A stretch of DNA of 62,598 nt, filler included, from a bacterium (GCA_024278215.1; 7 parts of 7 records of this genome joined end to end with filler, not necessarily neighbours in it), one strand, 5' to 3'; shown: positions 50,208-60,314, counted from the whole stretch's first letter. Translations and numbers: made by a program. Notes: generated by a model from the letters alone, not told the origin.

Positions 50208-50452
50208 CGCGCGCGACATCCACACATACAGCATCCAGATCATGGCCGGCACACACAGCCTCGTCCCAGGCCGCGCATTCGAGGACAGCGAACAAAGCGG
50301 AGCCAAAGGCATCGTCCAGCTCTGCGAAGACATCGTCGCTGTCGTACGCGACAACACATTCGGCGGCATCTTCTTCGCGCCGCCGGCGGATATCACTTGC
50401 AAACTCTATGAAAACAAAAACTCCGGCGGTATCGCATGGAACGCCGGCGTTG
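50208..50452 (+). pseudogene. Partial duplicate of terminator-like paralog 3
   Basis: 245 bp, about 8 mismatches (~97%) against 25571-25815. Confidence 0.92.
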
Positions 50453-50726
50453 GGGCTAAAAAAACACTGGCTAACCACCCTGATACTGCTGCCAATCGTG
50501 CATATTATGCAGCCTTCTACGCTGTCTCGGCCTTGTTCTCAGCGGGGTAATAAAACTGCCGACAGGCTCCCGACGGAGATGGCTTCTGCTCCTGTATTCA
50601 GGCATTCCCCCGGTTTTGGCCCGCATTTGTGAAATATGCGGGTTATGTTCATGTCCGGACCTGCCGCCGGTGGTCTACCTCGCTCTGAACATAATTTTGC
50701 AATTGGCTCTGCCGGATAGCTATTGT

Positions 50727-52007
50727 TTATGTTCGCATCCAGAGGTCGAGGAAGGGTGATTTCAGGTCGATGCGTGTGAAGCCGATGTTCTGCATTTCGA
50801 GGGTGAAGTCATCTTTGAGTTTTTCGTTTTCGGGCAGGTGCATGGGGTGCTTTTCGTCGTGTGTGAAGGAGGGCCTGGCGAGGAGCAGGCCGCCTTTGTC
50901 GAGGTGGTTGTAGAAGACTTCGCAGTAGTGTAGGGGGTTGACGAGGTGTTCGAGTACGTCGAGGGTGATGATGATGTTGTAGAGGCCGTCGAGGTGCGCG
51001 GTGTCGGGGTCGTCTGAGATTATGACGGGGATGTCGAGTCCGCGCTTTTCGAAACGCCTGCGCGCGTATTGCAGGGTTTTGCCGGGGACGTCGCAATATT
51101 CGATGTTCAGGCCCTGCTGTGCGAGCTTGATGGCGAGGTCGCCGTCGCCGCCGCCGAAGTCGAGGATGCGACCACGGAATTGATTGCATATTTTTGTGAC
51201 GATTTCTACGACGACGGGGTATGACTTGCTTGTCGCGTGATAGCCGCAGAGTCCGAATATATAGTGCTCGGTGTCGCAGTACCATTTGTGTATTGCTTCG
51301 CTGTTTCGTGGCCGGGTTTTGTTCCAGTCGTTTGCGAGGTTCATGGTGGACCTCAATATATATTGTGTTGTTCTCCAGCGGTCGCAGTCGAGGAATTCGG
51401 CGAGTTCGCTGCACTGGTCGTAAACTTTTATGTTCTCGGGGATATAGGCGACGAGAGACTGCCTGTTTGTTTCCATTTCAGCGTGTATGCGCTGGTAATC
51501 ATTTGTGATTATGTCGTCGCGGGACGTGCTGTCTACGAGATATACGGCGGAAGATGGTTCGGTTGCTGTGCGGTCTCCGAGCACGATGTTGTCCCTGATC
51601 CAGTCTTCCTGCGCGTAGAAGAAGTCCGTCATTAAGCTGTGCAGGTTGTCTTCTCCGATGTAGAGATGAACAGATTGATTTTGCAGCAGGTCCGCGATGT
51701 CGAATCTGCACAGCGAGCGGGCGAAAGTCTCGATGCTCTGTTCGTAGATATAAATGGATTTGCCGTTAGAGGCGGCACGGGCAGCGGCATGCAGGGCTTC
51801 TCCGTCGCCGATTCCTATGAGCGCCGATAAATCATGTTGAAATGAAATGTTCTCCGCCGGCGAACTTTCGGCGTTTGCGGTGTCCCGGGCGATTTCCCCA
51901 CAAATATCATGATCCGCCGATGACGCAAAGTCGACAACGGCGTTGTGCAGGGCGGGCCATTCTGCTTTCAGTGCGGACACATTGTTTTCAAAGATGTTAT
52001 TGCGCAT
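50727..52007 (-). CDS. Class I SAM methyltransferase with Maf-like N-terminal domain
   Basis: IFENN..AL, IGIGDG..L, IYIYE; ILDFGGGDG; LDVLEHL.NP. Confidence 0.8.
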   Translation of the reverse strand: MRNNIFENNVSALKAEWPALHNAVVDFASSADHDICGEIARDTANAESSPAENISFQHDLSALIGIGDGEALHAAARAASNGKSIYIYEQSIETFARSLCRFDIADLLQNQSVHLYIGEDNLHSLMTDFFYAQEDWIRDNIVLGDRTATEPSSAVYLVDSTSRDDIITNDYQRIHAEMETNRQSLVAYIPENIKVYDQCSELAEFLDCDRWRTTQYILRSTMNLANDWNKTRPRNSEAIHKWYCDTEHYIFGLCGYHATSKSYPVVVEIVTKICNQFRGRILDFGGGDGDLAIKLAQQGLNIEYCDVPGKTLQYARRRFEKRGLDIPVIISDDPDTAHLDGLYNIIITLDVLEHLVNPLHYCEVFYNHLDKGGLLLARPSFTHDEKHPMHLPENEKLKDDFTLEMQNIGFTRIDLKSPFLDLWMRT

Positions 52008-52111
52008 AAGCACCAGTTATCGGTGTGATTTTATGAACTGTTTTTTTATTGTAGCAGACAGCGATTGAAAACGTAATACGGAAACAAAAAGAAAGAAGGA
52101 GGTATTACAGC

Positions 52112-52636
52112 ATGGGATATACGAAAGAGGGGAAGCAGGCGGAGTTGACGATGGAGCAGGCCGCGGGCGTGGAGTTTGTCGAGGTGCCGAGCGGAAGGAA
52201 GTGGCGGTTGAAGGTGTGCACGCTTGGCGGGATGTGGAAGTTCAACGAGCGGCTGGCGGCGGCGGCAGCGAGTGGTGACGAGAGGAGCTGGGTGCGGTTT
52301 ATGCAGAGTTCGCTGATGTGCGCGTCGCCCGAGCCGGGGCTGATGGTGAGGGTGAGGCGGGCGCTGGGGCTGGCGGATTATTCTGCGAAGGAGATCGGCG
52401 CGTCTATCCCCGCGCGTGAGCTGCCCGCGCTTCGAGACGCTGTGCTGTGTGCGAATATCGGAATAGATTACGCGGAATTCATTGCGAGGTGCGAGGCGGC
52501 TGTAAAAAAAAAGAGTGCGTGCGGCAGTGTACGCAACCGAAGCGACAGAAACAACGAAGAGACGACAACTGGGGAGACACGCTCGGAGCGATGCTGCTGC
52601 AGTGGGGATTGCGGCCACGGGATGTCTTCGACCTGA
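52112..52636 (+). CDS. Tail assembly chaperone (gpG-like)
   Basis: AGGAGG RBS; position; slippery A-AAA-AAG at 52507-52513. Confidence 0.65.
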   Translation: MGYTKEGKQAELTMEQAAGVEFVEVPSGRKWRLKVCTLGGMWKFNERLAAAAASGDERSWVRFMQSSLMCASPEPGLMVRVRRALGLADYSAKEIGASIPARELPALRDAVLCANIGIDYAEFIARCEAAVKKKSACGSVRNRSDRNNEETTTGETRSERCCCSGDCGHGMSST

Positions 52637-52758
52637 CGCTGCGGCAGCTTGAAGCGATTTGTAATTATCCGGGCAAAGATGACGAAGCGCAAAAGGCCGA
52701 AGGCATGAGAGAGTTGCTGAAAAGAGAAGCAGAGGGGGATATCCGGAAAAGATGGTGA
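52507..52758 (+). CDS. -1 frameshift extension (gpGT-like)
   Basis: The -1 frame encodes WG..LGAMLLQWGLRPRDVFDLTLRQLEAI, a typical gpT-like motif. Confidence 0.7.
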   Translation, partial: KKECVRQCTQPKRQKQRRDDNWGDTLGAMLLQWGLRPRDVFDLTLRQLEAICNYPGKDDEAQKAEGMRELLKREAEGDIRKRW

Positions 52759-52915
52759 ATGGAGATATTGATAACGCGGAAGCGTTCAAACTGAAAGATG
52801 TTGTTTTCTTGTTTATATGCAACGAGACAGTCGTTGCATTCCAGAAATTTCAGATGTACCGTTGCGAACAGCTACCTGTGAACGGATACGAACAAAATAT
52901 CGAGGAGGAACAGAT

Positions 52916-53518
52916 ATGTTAAAAAGTGATGGAATGTCAAACAAGCTTGAGGACATGATACGGGAGCAGGTAAGGGAGGAAATATATCAGGTGGCCGGAG
53001 CGGAGCTTGCAATCCTGAAAGAGGCGCTGGGCGGGTCGCCGATGAAGGCGTTCGAGATGGGACTTGCGCATTACACTGCCGGACAGACGATACAGGGAAG
53101 CAACCTGACGGCGACGGAGGCCTACGAGGGAGCAAAGAGTGTGGCTGCCAATATCGCATCGGAAAACTATATCGGCGCGGCGATGGACCTGTACTCGATG
53201 TATACGCAGTATAAGGACGGAGTGAAGGCGCCGCTGTCGGGTGTCGACGCGATATTCGGAGAGGGGATCGATGTGAGGCAGTTGGATATTTCCACGCTTT
53301 CGCTGGGAGATATATTGAGGCGGGCGACGTTTTCGTCGCGAAACGCGGGTCACGGGCTTTACAACATGTACGAGAGGTCGCGCACAGGGGTTGACAATAT
53401 GCTTGGAGGCGGCTCGGTGCGGGATTATGAGGACGCGAGCGAGGATGTCTGGGTGAAGACATCGAAGCTCAACGAGATGGCGGGCATACCGCGCCGGACG
53501 AATTTCAATCACGGGTGA
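52916..53518 (+). CDS. 200-aa helical protein in the tape-measure position
   Basis: GAGGAGG RBS; lies between chaperone and distal-tail genes; A/G-rich helices. Confidence 0.5.
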   Translation: MLKSDGMSNKLEDMIREQVREEIYQVAGAELAILKEALGGSPMKAFEMGLAHYTAGQTIQGSNLTATEAYEGAKSVAANIASENYIGAAMDLYSMYTQYKDGVKAPLSGVDAIFGEGIDVRQLDISTLSLGDILRRATFSSRNAGHGLYNMYERSRTGVDNMLGGGSVRDYEDASEDVWVKTSKLNEMAGIPRRTNFNHG

Positions 53519-53609
53519 ACGAAACGCAGGTAGTAACCCGCATTGGTGAAATATGCGGGGTAAGGTGGCATACGTGTCGTTACAAACAACGATATCAAAG
53601 GAGCATGTT

Positions 53610-54212
53610 ATGAGTTATGAAACAGCAATTTATTTCAGGGTGAAAAATGAGGAGGCGACAGACGGCGGTGACGGACTGACGTTTGCGCTGCATGGTGTGA
53701 ACGCGCAGGCGACGCCCGCGCCGGTTGTGTATGTGGACGGCGCGGAGGCCGACCCGGCGAGCTACACTTTCGACTACGGCGACAGCGAAACGGCGGCTTC
53801 GATCACTTTCGAGGATTCGCGATCCGGTAGTACGGTGACCTGCGACTACAGGTGGAAGTATGAGCTGGGGCCGGAGGAGGAGCTTGCGGTCTACGAGTTC
53901 GACAGGACGATGAATGTGAAGACGCTGACGGATGTGAACGGGCGGCGGATGGTGGTCGAGAACTGCGCGAAGGTGTCGGGCTGGCAGGGCGCGCTGGCGT
54001 GGAAGTATGTGGGACAGTCGTTCTGGGAGGAATTGCGGCGGCTGGCGGAATCGGCGGACGGCTGGACGATAGATGTGGAGCGTTCGTCGCTGGGCGCGCC
54101 GCTAGACATGATAGAAAATCTTTATCCGATTTCGTATCCGAAGTTTGCCGAGAAGCCCGGTGTACCGGGCCTGACTGGTGTGACGATGAATGTTGTGCAG
54201 ATATCGTTGTGA
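53610..54212 (+). CDS. Distal tail (Dit/DUF2460-like) protein
   Basis: GGDG..F.L, VYVDG...YTFDY...ITF......VTCDY; KTLTDVNGRRM..W.....W.Y. Confidence 0.55.
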   Translation: MSYETAIYFRVKNEEATDGGDGLTFALHGVNAQATPAPVVYVDGAEADPASYTFDYGDSETAASITFEDSRSGSTVTCDYRWKYELGPEEELAVYEFDRTMNVKTLTDVNGRRMVVENCAKVSGWQGALAWKYVGQSFWEELRRLAESADGWTIDVERSSLGAPLDMIENLYPISYPKFAEKPGVPGLTGVTMNVVQISL

Positions 54213-54311
54213 CGATATTCCGGATCGTTCGTGCCCGGATAAAAGCGGTTCGCGCACGGTGCGCGGAGGTGGATAACCGGCGTGTTAAAGTTGGCGAAAG
54301 GAGACGGAAAG

Positions 54312-57300
54312 ATGAATTATACGGATGTCGCCCTGACGGGTGATCAGATAAGCGAATTGAAGAAAGGTTACAAGAAAACCGCATGGCGCGTGAAGGCGCT
54401 GAAGGCGACCGGAAAGAAGCTGCCCGATTCCGAAACGACAAATGTGATCAAAATAGACACGGACGGCAGCGGCTCGAAATACGAATACGACACGTTCGGG
54501 GCCGGCTATAAGAAGGTGATCCACGATACGGAGCGGAACAGGACTTTCGTGCTGCATAACAGAAAAACGAGCGAGGCGGGGGCACTTGTCAGCATTATCA
54601 ATCATTATCTCGGCGAAGACCACGAGGATTTCATCGAGACGCTCGATAAGGACACTCACGCGGACGACGACCTGAAAGAAAGCAACGCTATCTATATCTG
54701 CGATATGGATTACGATCCGGCGACACAGAAACTGGCTATAAGCACGCTTTCGACAAGCGGCGCTTCGGCGGGCTTGTTTATTGTAAGTTGCAGCAAATAT
54801 CTGCCTGAACTCGTCACGAACGAATGCGGCGAACTGAAGCCGAACCCGGACTATCTTTCCACGGTGTTTATAAGCCCCGGCGAAAGTTACCTGTCGAAGG
54901 GCGGCTCGTATATCAGATTTGTGAGGCGCTACGCTAACCGCTGGTACGTGTGGTGCAGGGACTACGCGACCGCTCCGGGAGATGAATATCTGTTTTATTA
55001 CCTCGGCTACCTGACGGATGCGGGGTCGTTCAAGCTGCTGATGCAGTACGGCTATGCGCCGGGAGCCGCGCCTTATGCACCGGAGACATGGTATCCGACG
55101 AGCAAGCCGATATGGCATTACGCCGAAGCCTCCGGTGACAGCGCGTGGGGCGAGCCGGCGCGGATATTCGAGGATGTGGCGACTTTCGACATCACGGACA
55201 GCGGCAAACTTGTTATGGCGACAGAAACGAACGGACAGGCTTTCGGGATGAAACCTTTCATAACGCGCATCGACCTTGCGGAGGCGGAAAGCGGCGATCC
55301 GCTGTTGGGCACATGCAGCATAAGTATCGAAGGTGTCTACGATCCGGTCTCCCAGCTCTATAAAGTACCGCAGGGAACGACGACGACAACGATCGAGCTG
55401 CCTGGCGCAAGGGGCTGTGTCGCCGTGAGTATTTCCGACTCGAGCACCGGAGGCGCGGCGGATGCGCATCCCGGCACGACATTTTATTTTCAGAACAGGT
55501 TCGGCACGTCGAAGCAGGGAGCGTTTCATCCCGACGAAGAGGTTATTTCTCACATTTCTTTCTTCGCCTACAACGAAACGATCACGATCGGGGTGGTCAA
55601 CCCGAATTTGTTTTCCTCGGAAACGCCGTTCACTTTTGTCTGGGATTTCACAGTGCGAAGCATAAGCGCCGGGCTCGAGGAGTGTATCGGCGTGCACTCG
55701 ACCGGCGGGCCGATTGCGCAGGAGGGCGACGATGTGATGCCGGAAACGACAGGCGAGGAGCAGTACTGGCATACATGGCAGATCGCGAAAGTGGTGGACC
55801 CAACGCCCGCGCTTCAACCCATGAGTATCAACTCGTGCGTCTATGACGAGACACTCGACAGATATTTCTTCGCGGTGCGCGAACCCAGTAACCGGGGCCA
55901 TGGCCTGTGGGTCTATAACGCCGCGACCGCAACCGGCGCGCTCACACGTCTGAAACCCGCAGATAGCGGCCTGGCCTGCATGCACGTGGGCGCGCTCGCC
56001 GACGTCTCCGAGCGGCACATCGCGCTCGTCTGCGACGATGGCGACAGGGGCTCGCAGCTGTATAATGTCGCGGTTCAGTTTCTCGACAAATCGAGTCTGG
56101 CGTTTACCGACCGGCGATACGATGCCGCCGTACTGTGGTCCGGGGCCGCCTCGAACTCGGTTGTCTACGACGAGAAACGCAATGTCGTCGGCATGGCCAC
56201 AGGCGCTTTCTCGTCGGCATATTACACTTCGTTCGGAAACAGCGGCGAGATATGGTTCTGGAAGCCGGAGACGGTGGACGGCGAATGGACGCGCGACCCG
56301 CGTGTGTGGTGGGACGGCAACGACCCCGACATCATTGTCGGCGACAGCGCGCGGGCCGCCGACGATCTCGGACAGGGCGTGCGGCTGCTGAACCCGTCGT
56401 GGTCGCAGACGAAGGGGCGCAGCAGCTATCGCTTCAGTTTCGACACGCGCGGGGCAGCATATCTGCCGTGGGCGGAAAGTCCGTTCAATGAGAATGCCGA
56501 CCTGCCGGGCTCGTTCGACGGCACGCTCCAGGACGGTACCCGGCTGTTTGTCGAGCGAGGCGTGTGGGACGGTGCGGAATGGGCGTGGATACAGGAAGGG
56601 CAGATGTTCGTTATGAGCCTGCCTGTCGCCAACACGTCGGGCGATGTGGCGATGTCGGTCACCGCCCAGGGGCCGATATCCATGCTTGTCACCCGCGCCA
56701 CTTACGACGGGTTCCACAAGCCGGAGGTCGCCACGATAACAAACGGCACACTGACGGCGGGCGAGGCGACCGAGACGGAATATCCCTATTATTATGAGGA
56801 CGGCGAAAACGGCAGGATCACCAATTGGGCCGTGAGGCCGCAGCCGGCGGTTTCGGTCGGCGGCGAGGCGGTCGCCAATTATACGGTCGATTGCTTCGCG
56901 GGCGCGATCATCTTCGACGAGGAGCAGACGGACACGGTCGCGGCGACTTTCGATTATTATGTTTCCGGCACCAACGAGGCCGAGGACATCATCTATTGTA
57001 TACTCACATATCCACAGGAGTTCGGGGGCTGCGGACTCGACGAATCCTATATCACGAGAAAACTCGAAGGGGTGGCACTGTCGCCGATCAGCGACACCGT
57101 CTATGCGTTCCCCAAAAACAACATCAAGGCCGACAGCATGACCAATACCGTCTATCGCAACGGCGCTCCTACCCCGGCGACGTGGGACTATCGCGCCGGC
57201 ACAGTCACGTTCTCCGGCTCGCAGGCGGGCCAGACGATAACCGGCGATTGTGTCTATTACACTATCCAGAAAGGCGGTGTCACGCTCCCGCCGGTCAACC

Positions 57301-58451
57301 TGACGGTGCGGGAATTAAAGGACAGCTATCATTGCATCGACAAGGTGTGCAAGCTTGTCGCGCCGAACTACATCTTCCGCGAGGGCCGCGACGGCAGGCT
57401 CGAGAGCGACTTCTTCACCCAGAAACAGGCGGGCGAGGAGGACATCGTTGTCGACGACGACGACATCGCCGTACAGTCCTTTAACAGCAACCCATCCTAC
57501 GAGGAACTCGCCACGCGGGTTATCAGCATCGGCAGCGCGAGTCTCGAAGAACGCCCCAACCATTGCCTGAACAAGGAAGTGACAGACCTGCTGGGCGGCG
57601 AAGCCGCTGCATACGGCTGGAGCTACGGCTGGCACGAGCCCGTGCAGGTGGCCACTGTCACTGACGGCAACCCGGCGACAGGCCTTACGTCGGGCTGGGG
57701 AAACAACGATGGCTGGGGGCCTGTGAAAGACACGCTCGGTTCCGTGCCCGATGGCGTGCCGCTCATAAGTATCGACATGGAACAGGAATACGAGATCGAC
57801 ACTATTATCGTGGCGCGGCCTTCGCAGCGCTCGAACGAGGGGGGCACGAATCCCGACGACGTGCAGAGCCTGTCGGTGTGGGTGTGTCAGGACAACGAAG
57901 CTTCAGAATATGTCCGGCTGATCGAGCCGTTTAAGATCATGCCCGGCGCGAATGTGAAGTTCATGGCCGGCACAAACTTTGATGTCGGCACGCGATTCAG
58001 GTGGATTCGCGTCAACCTGCACAGCATCGGGCTCTATCTCTGGAAGCGAGGACTCGACAGCCAGATCGGTATCTCCGAAGTCCAGTGCTACCCGCCGCGC
58101 GAGATACTCGGTGAAGCGCGCCTGCAGAACGAAGACCCCGCCGAAGACCTATACGACGAACACGGCCTGCTCGACAAGTACGGCCTCATTACGCATGTCG
58201 CGCGAAGCGGGCAACCGGACACGGACCTGAATTCGAAGTCGAAGGCCGACCTCGATGCCGCCTATACGCTCAAGGAGATCGTCAGGCTCATGCGGAAGGT
58301 GGATATACGGTCGCCGTGGCTGCCGGGTATTCCTGTTTTCTCGACATTGAAAGTCACGAACGCCGCGATGGGCATCACCCGCACATTCTTTGTCGAAGGC
58401 CGCACGTCAGGCCCCGACGGTGACTATTACACAGGTTCCACTCTGCCCTGA
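54312..58451 (+). CDS. Large baseplate hub/tail-tip protein (1379 aa)
   Basis: Propeller-like N-terminus; hub-like motifs (NYIFR..DG.L, ATRVI..G, LDKYG, LP.I.V...LKV); discoidin-like insert. Confidence 0.65.
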   Translation: MNYTDVALTGDQISELKKGYKKTAWRVKALKATGKKLPDSETTNVIKIDTDGSGSKYEYDTFGAGYKKVIHDTERNRTFVLHNRKTSEAGALVSIINHYLGEDHEDFIETLDKDTHADDDLKESNAIYICDMDYDPATQKLAISTLSTSGASAGLFIVSCSKYLPELVTNECGELKPNPDYLSTVFISPGESYLSKGGSYIRFVRRYANRWYVWCRDYATAPGDEYLFYYLGYLTDAGSFKLLMQYGYAPGAAPYAPETWYPTSKPIWHYAEASGDSAWGEPARIFEDVATFDITDSGKLVMATETNGQAFGMKPFITRIDLAEAESGDPLLGTCSISIEGVYDPVSQLYKVPQGTTTTTIELPGARGCVAVSISDSSTGGAADAHPGTTFYFQNRFGTSKQGAFHPDEEVISHISFFAYNETITIGVVNPNLFSSETPFTFVWDFTVRSISAGLEECIGVHSTGGPIAQEGDDVMPETTGEEQYWHTWQIAKVVDPTPALQPMSINSCVYDETLDRYFFAVREPSNRGHGLWVYNAATATGALTRLKPADSGLACMHVGALADVSERHIALVCDDGDRGSQLYNVAVQFLDKSSLAFTDRRYDAAVLWSGAASNSVVYDEKRNVVGMATGAFSSAYYTSFGNSGEIWFWKPETVDGEWTRDPRVWWDGNDPDIIVGDSARAADDLGQGVRLLNPSWSQTKGRSSYRFSFDTRGAAYLPWAESPFNENADLPGSFDGTLQDGTRLFVERGVWDGAEWAWIQEGQMFVMSLPVANTSGDVAMSVTAQGPISMLVTRATYDGFHKPEVATITNGTLTAGEATETEYPYYYEDGENGRITNWAVRPQPAVSVGGEAVANYTVDCFAGAIIFDEEQTDTVAATFDYYVSGTNEAEDIIYCILTYPQEFGGCGLDESYITRKLEGVALSPISDTVYAFPKNNIKADSMTNTVYRNGAPTPATWDYRAGTVTFSGSQAGQTITGDCVYYTIQKGGVTLPPVNLTVRELKDSYHCIDKVCKLVAPNYIFREGRDGRLESDFFTQKQAGEEDIVVDDDDIAVQSFNSNPSYEELATRVISIGSASLEERPNHCLNKEVTDLLGGEAAAYGWSYGWHEPVQVATVTDGNPATGLTSGWGNNDGWGPVKDTLGSVPDGVPLISIDMEQEYEIDTIIVARPSQRSNEGGTNPDDVQSLSVWVCQDNEASEYVRLIEPFKIMPGANVKFMAGTNFDVGTRFRWIRVNLHSIGLYLWKRGLDSQIGISEVQCYPPREILGEARLQNEDPAEDLYDEHGLLDKYGLITHVARSGQPDTDLNSKSKADLDAAYTLKEIVRLMRKVDIRSPWLPGIPVFSTLKVTNAAMGITRTFFVEGRTSGPDGDYYTGSTLP

Positions 58452-58557
58452 CGGACAGGTCATAAAAAGGAGATGTTCATCGTTCCGAAGCTCCGACCCG
58501 GAACGCCCGAACTGAATGCTCCGCGTTTACCATCAAAAATTATCAGGGAGGTTCAAC

Positions 58558-59478
58558 ATGCTCAAACGTGTTGTTTCCAAAGAAGCACGAGTTATTCAGA
58601 TAACACAGGATTCAAGGATGAAAGACCTCGAGGGTTCCGTGCAGATGGCGTTGCAGAGTCTTCAGGCGCAGATCGGCGGGCTGTACGCGAAGCTCGCCGA
58701 AATCGCGCCCGCTGCCGATCACGATATTGACGGCACACCCGACCCGGTCGGCGGTTCGCAGTCGACCCTGCTGCGCCTTACCAACAACAGCGGAGCGGGC
58801 CGCAACATGGGTGAAGTCGTCGTGTGGGACACGGCGCACGAGGAGTCGTTTACCACCACTACGGAATCCGGCGACAGGAATGTCATCGGCGTTGTTGCCT
58901 ACGATCTTACGGACGGAACAACAGATGCAATACCGGCTGGTGAAGAGGGAATGATATGCGCCGGCGGCTTCGCCTGCGCGCTTGTGGATGCGGATGCAGG
59001 CGCGATCTCGGCAGGCGACGGCCTTGTGGCCCACTCGACTGAAGGATATGCTGCAAAAGCGCCTTCGCCCGAACACACGGGCATATTCGCTACCGCGCTC
59101 GAATCGATATCATCGGGGCAGGGCGAGATTGCCGTCGTAGTGCGCGGCGACTCGCTTGCCGCCGCCGCTGCTATAGATTCGCTCAAAGACTTCGACCATG
59201 CCCTGTTCCGGCGCGGCGGCTACTACGCCGCGCACTACGACAACGACGGCGCTGCAACAGGCTTCTCCGGCTTCATAACGAGCGCCGCCGCATGGACCGC
59301 CCAGGATATGAGCCGGCTCATCGGCCACTGGACTTATGCCTACAGCGCTGACGGCTCACTCGTCAGTTCCGTGCATTCCGCCTTCGGCGTGGACGGAGCG
59401 GGCATAGCTACTGTCGCCCGCGCCCTGAACTATCAGTCGGGCCGCCTCGCTTCCATCATCGCCGAACTCTCAGAGTAG
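58558..59478 (+). CDS. Tail fibre/spike-associated protein with coiled coil and beta-clip-like domain
   Basis: NNSG...GEVVV, VIGVV, I.AGDGLV.....GYA.K...G.F.TALE. Confidence 0.55.
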   Translation: MLKRVVSKEARVIQITQDSRMKDLEGSVQMALQSLQAQIGGLYAKLAEIAPAADHDIDGTPDPVGGSQSTLLRLTNNSGAGRNMGEVVVWDTAHEESFTTTTESGDRNVIGVVAYDLTDGTTDAIPAGEEGMICAGGFACALVDADAGAISAGDGLVAHSTEGYAAKAPSPEHTGIFATALESISSGQGEIAVVVRGDSLAAAAAIDSLKDFDHALFRRGGYYAAHYDNDGAATGFSGFITSAAAWTAQDMSRLIGHWTYAYSADGSLVSSVHSAFGVDGAGIATVARALNYQSGRLASIIAELSE

Positions 59479-59576
59479 TTCGTTTTTTCATTCCACAATA
59501 TATTACGGCACTGCCGTCTGTGACGCGGCGCGCGAGCACGCTTTATGTGTCCGGCGCGCGCGGAAAGGAGCACACG

Positions 59577-59984
59577 ATGCTTATTATCGCACAGATACAG
59601 GAAATCAGGAACAACCTTTCACGCCTGCTCGGCAAGGTGAAAGTGACGGACGGAACACACGACATGCCCGCGATGGACGCCGCCGCTCGGCCCGGCTTCA
59701 TGAAACTCACGGACGGCGAGAACACTGCGCCCGCGATGGACGCCGCCGCTCGACCCGGCTGGCAGCACACTCTGGAAATGCCGCTCGCGCAGCGCGTCGA
59801 CTGGGATGCCGCCGGCACTACCTGCTACATCGGCTGGGCCGCGCCGGGCGCAGCGGGCGGCGCGGGCTCATGGCGCATAAAGAAAGTGTCGCTCTCCGGC
59901 AACGACGTCACCACCCTGTGGGCCGACGGCGACTACGACTACGACAACGTATGGGACAACAGAACGTCCCTGACTTACTCGTAA
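59577..59984 (+). CDS. Small virion/tail protein
   Basis: YIG.A.PG..WRIKK..WADG....VWDNR.SLTY phage-type domain; internal 21-aa repeat PAMDAAARPG. Confidence 0.65.
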   Translation: MLIIAQIQEIRNNLSRLLGKVKVTDGTHDMPAMDAAARPGFMKLTDGENTAPAMDAAARPGWQHTLEMPLAQRVDWDAAGTTCYIGWAAPGAAGGAGSWRIKKVSLSGNDVTTLWADGDYDYDNVWDNRTSLTYS

Positions 59985-59999
59985 GGGAGGTTTACCGTT

Positions 60000-60314
60000 A
60001 TGCGTGAAATAATAGATTATGACGGCCGCGTCTTTATGGTCGCGGAGTGCGCAGGGCTGCACATCGAGAACGCGGATGTCAGGAACTGCACGCTCGATTC
60101 CGTCGAGAACGCTTTCCTCGTCAACACGATATTCACCGGAGTCACTCTGCGCGGCGTGTGGCGCAACAACAATCACCAGCAGTTCGCCCCCTGCTGCATA
60201 TTCCATAACTGCACGTTCGAGCAGGGGCAGCGGCATGTCGAGTCGGACTTCATGAATGTGCTCGATATGAACCTGGCCGAAACACAAAACTGCATGAACG
60301 AGGTGGACTTCTGA
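60000..60314 (+). CDS. Small beta-helix-like hypothetical protein
   Basis: GGGAGG RBS, NCT repeats, TGATG coupling to the next gene. Confidence 0.5.
   Translation: MREIIDYDGRVFMVAECAGLHIENADVRNCTLDSVENAFLVNTIFTGVTLRGVWRNNNHQQFAPCCIFHNCTFEQGQRHVESDFMNVLDMNLAETQNCMNEVDF

Noticed and set aside
54285-56717. Long antisense ORFs (810 aa here; also 7407-8867, 28990-30483, 4963-6057, 1994-2965)
   Set aside because: Shadow frames opposite well-supported genes, with no recognisable motifs.
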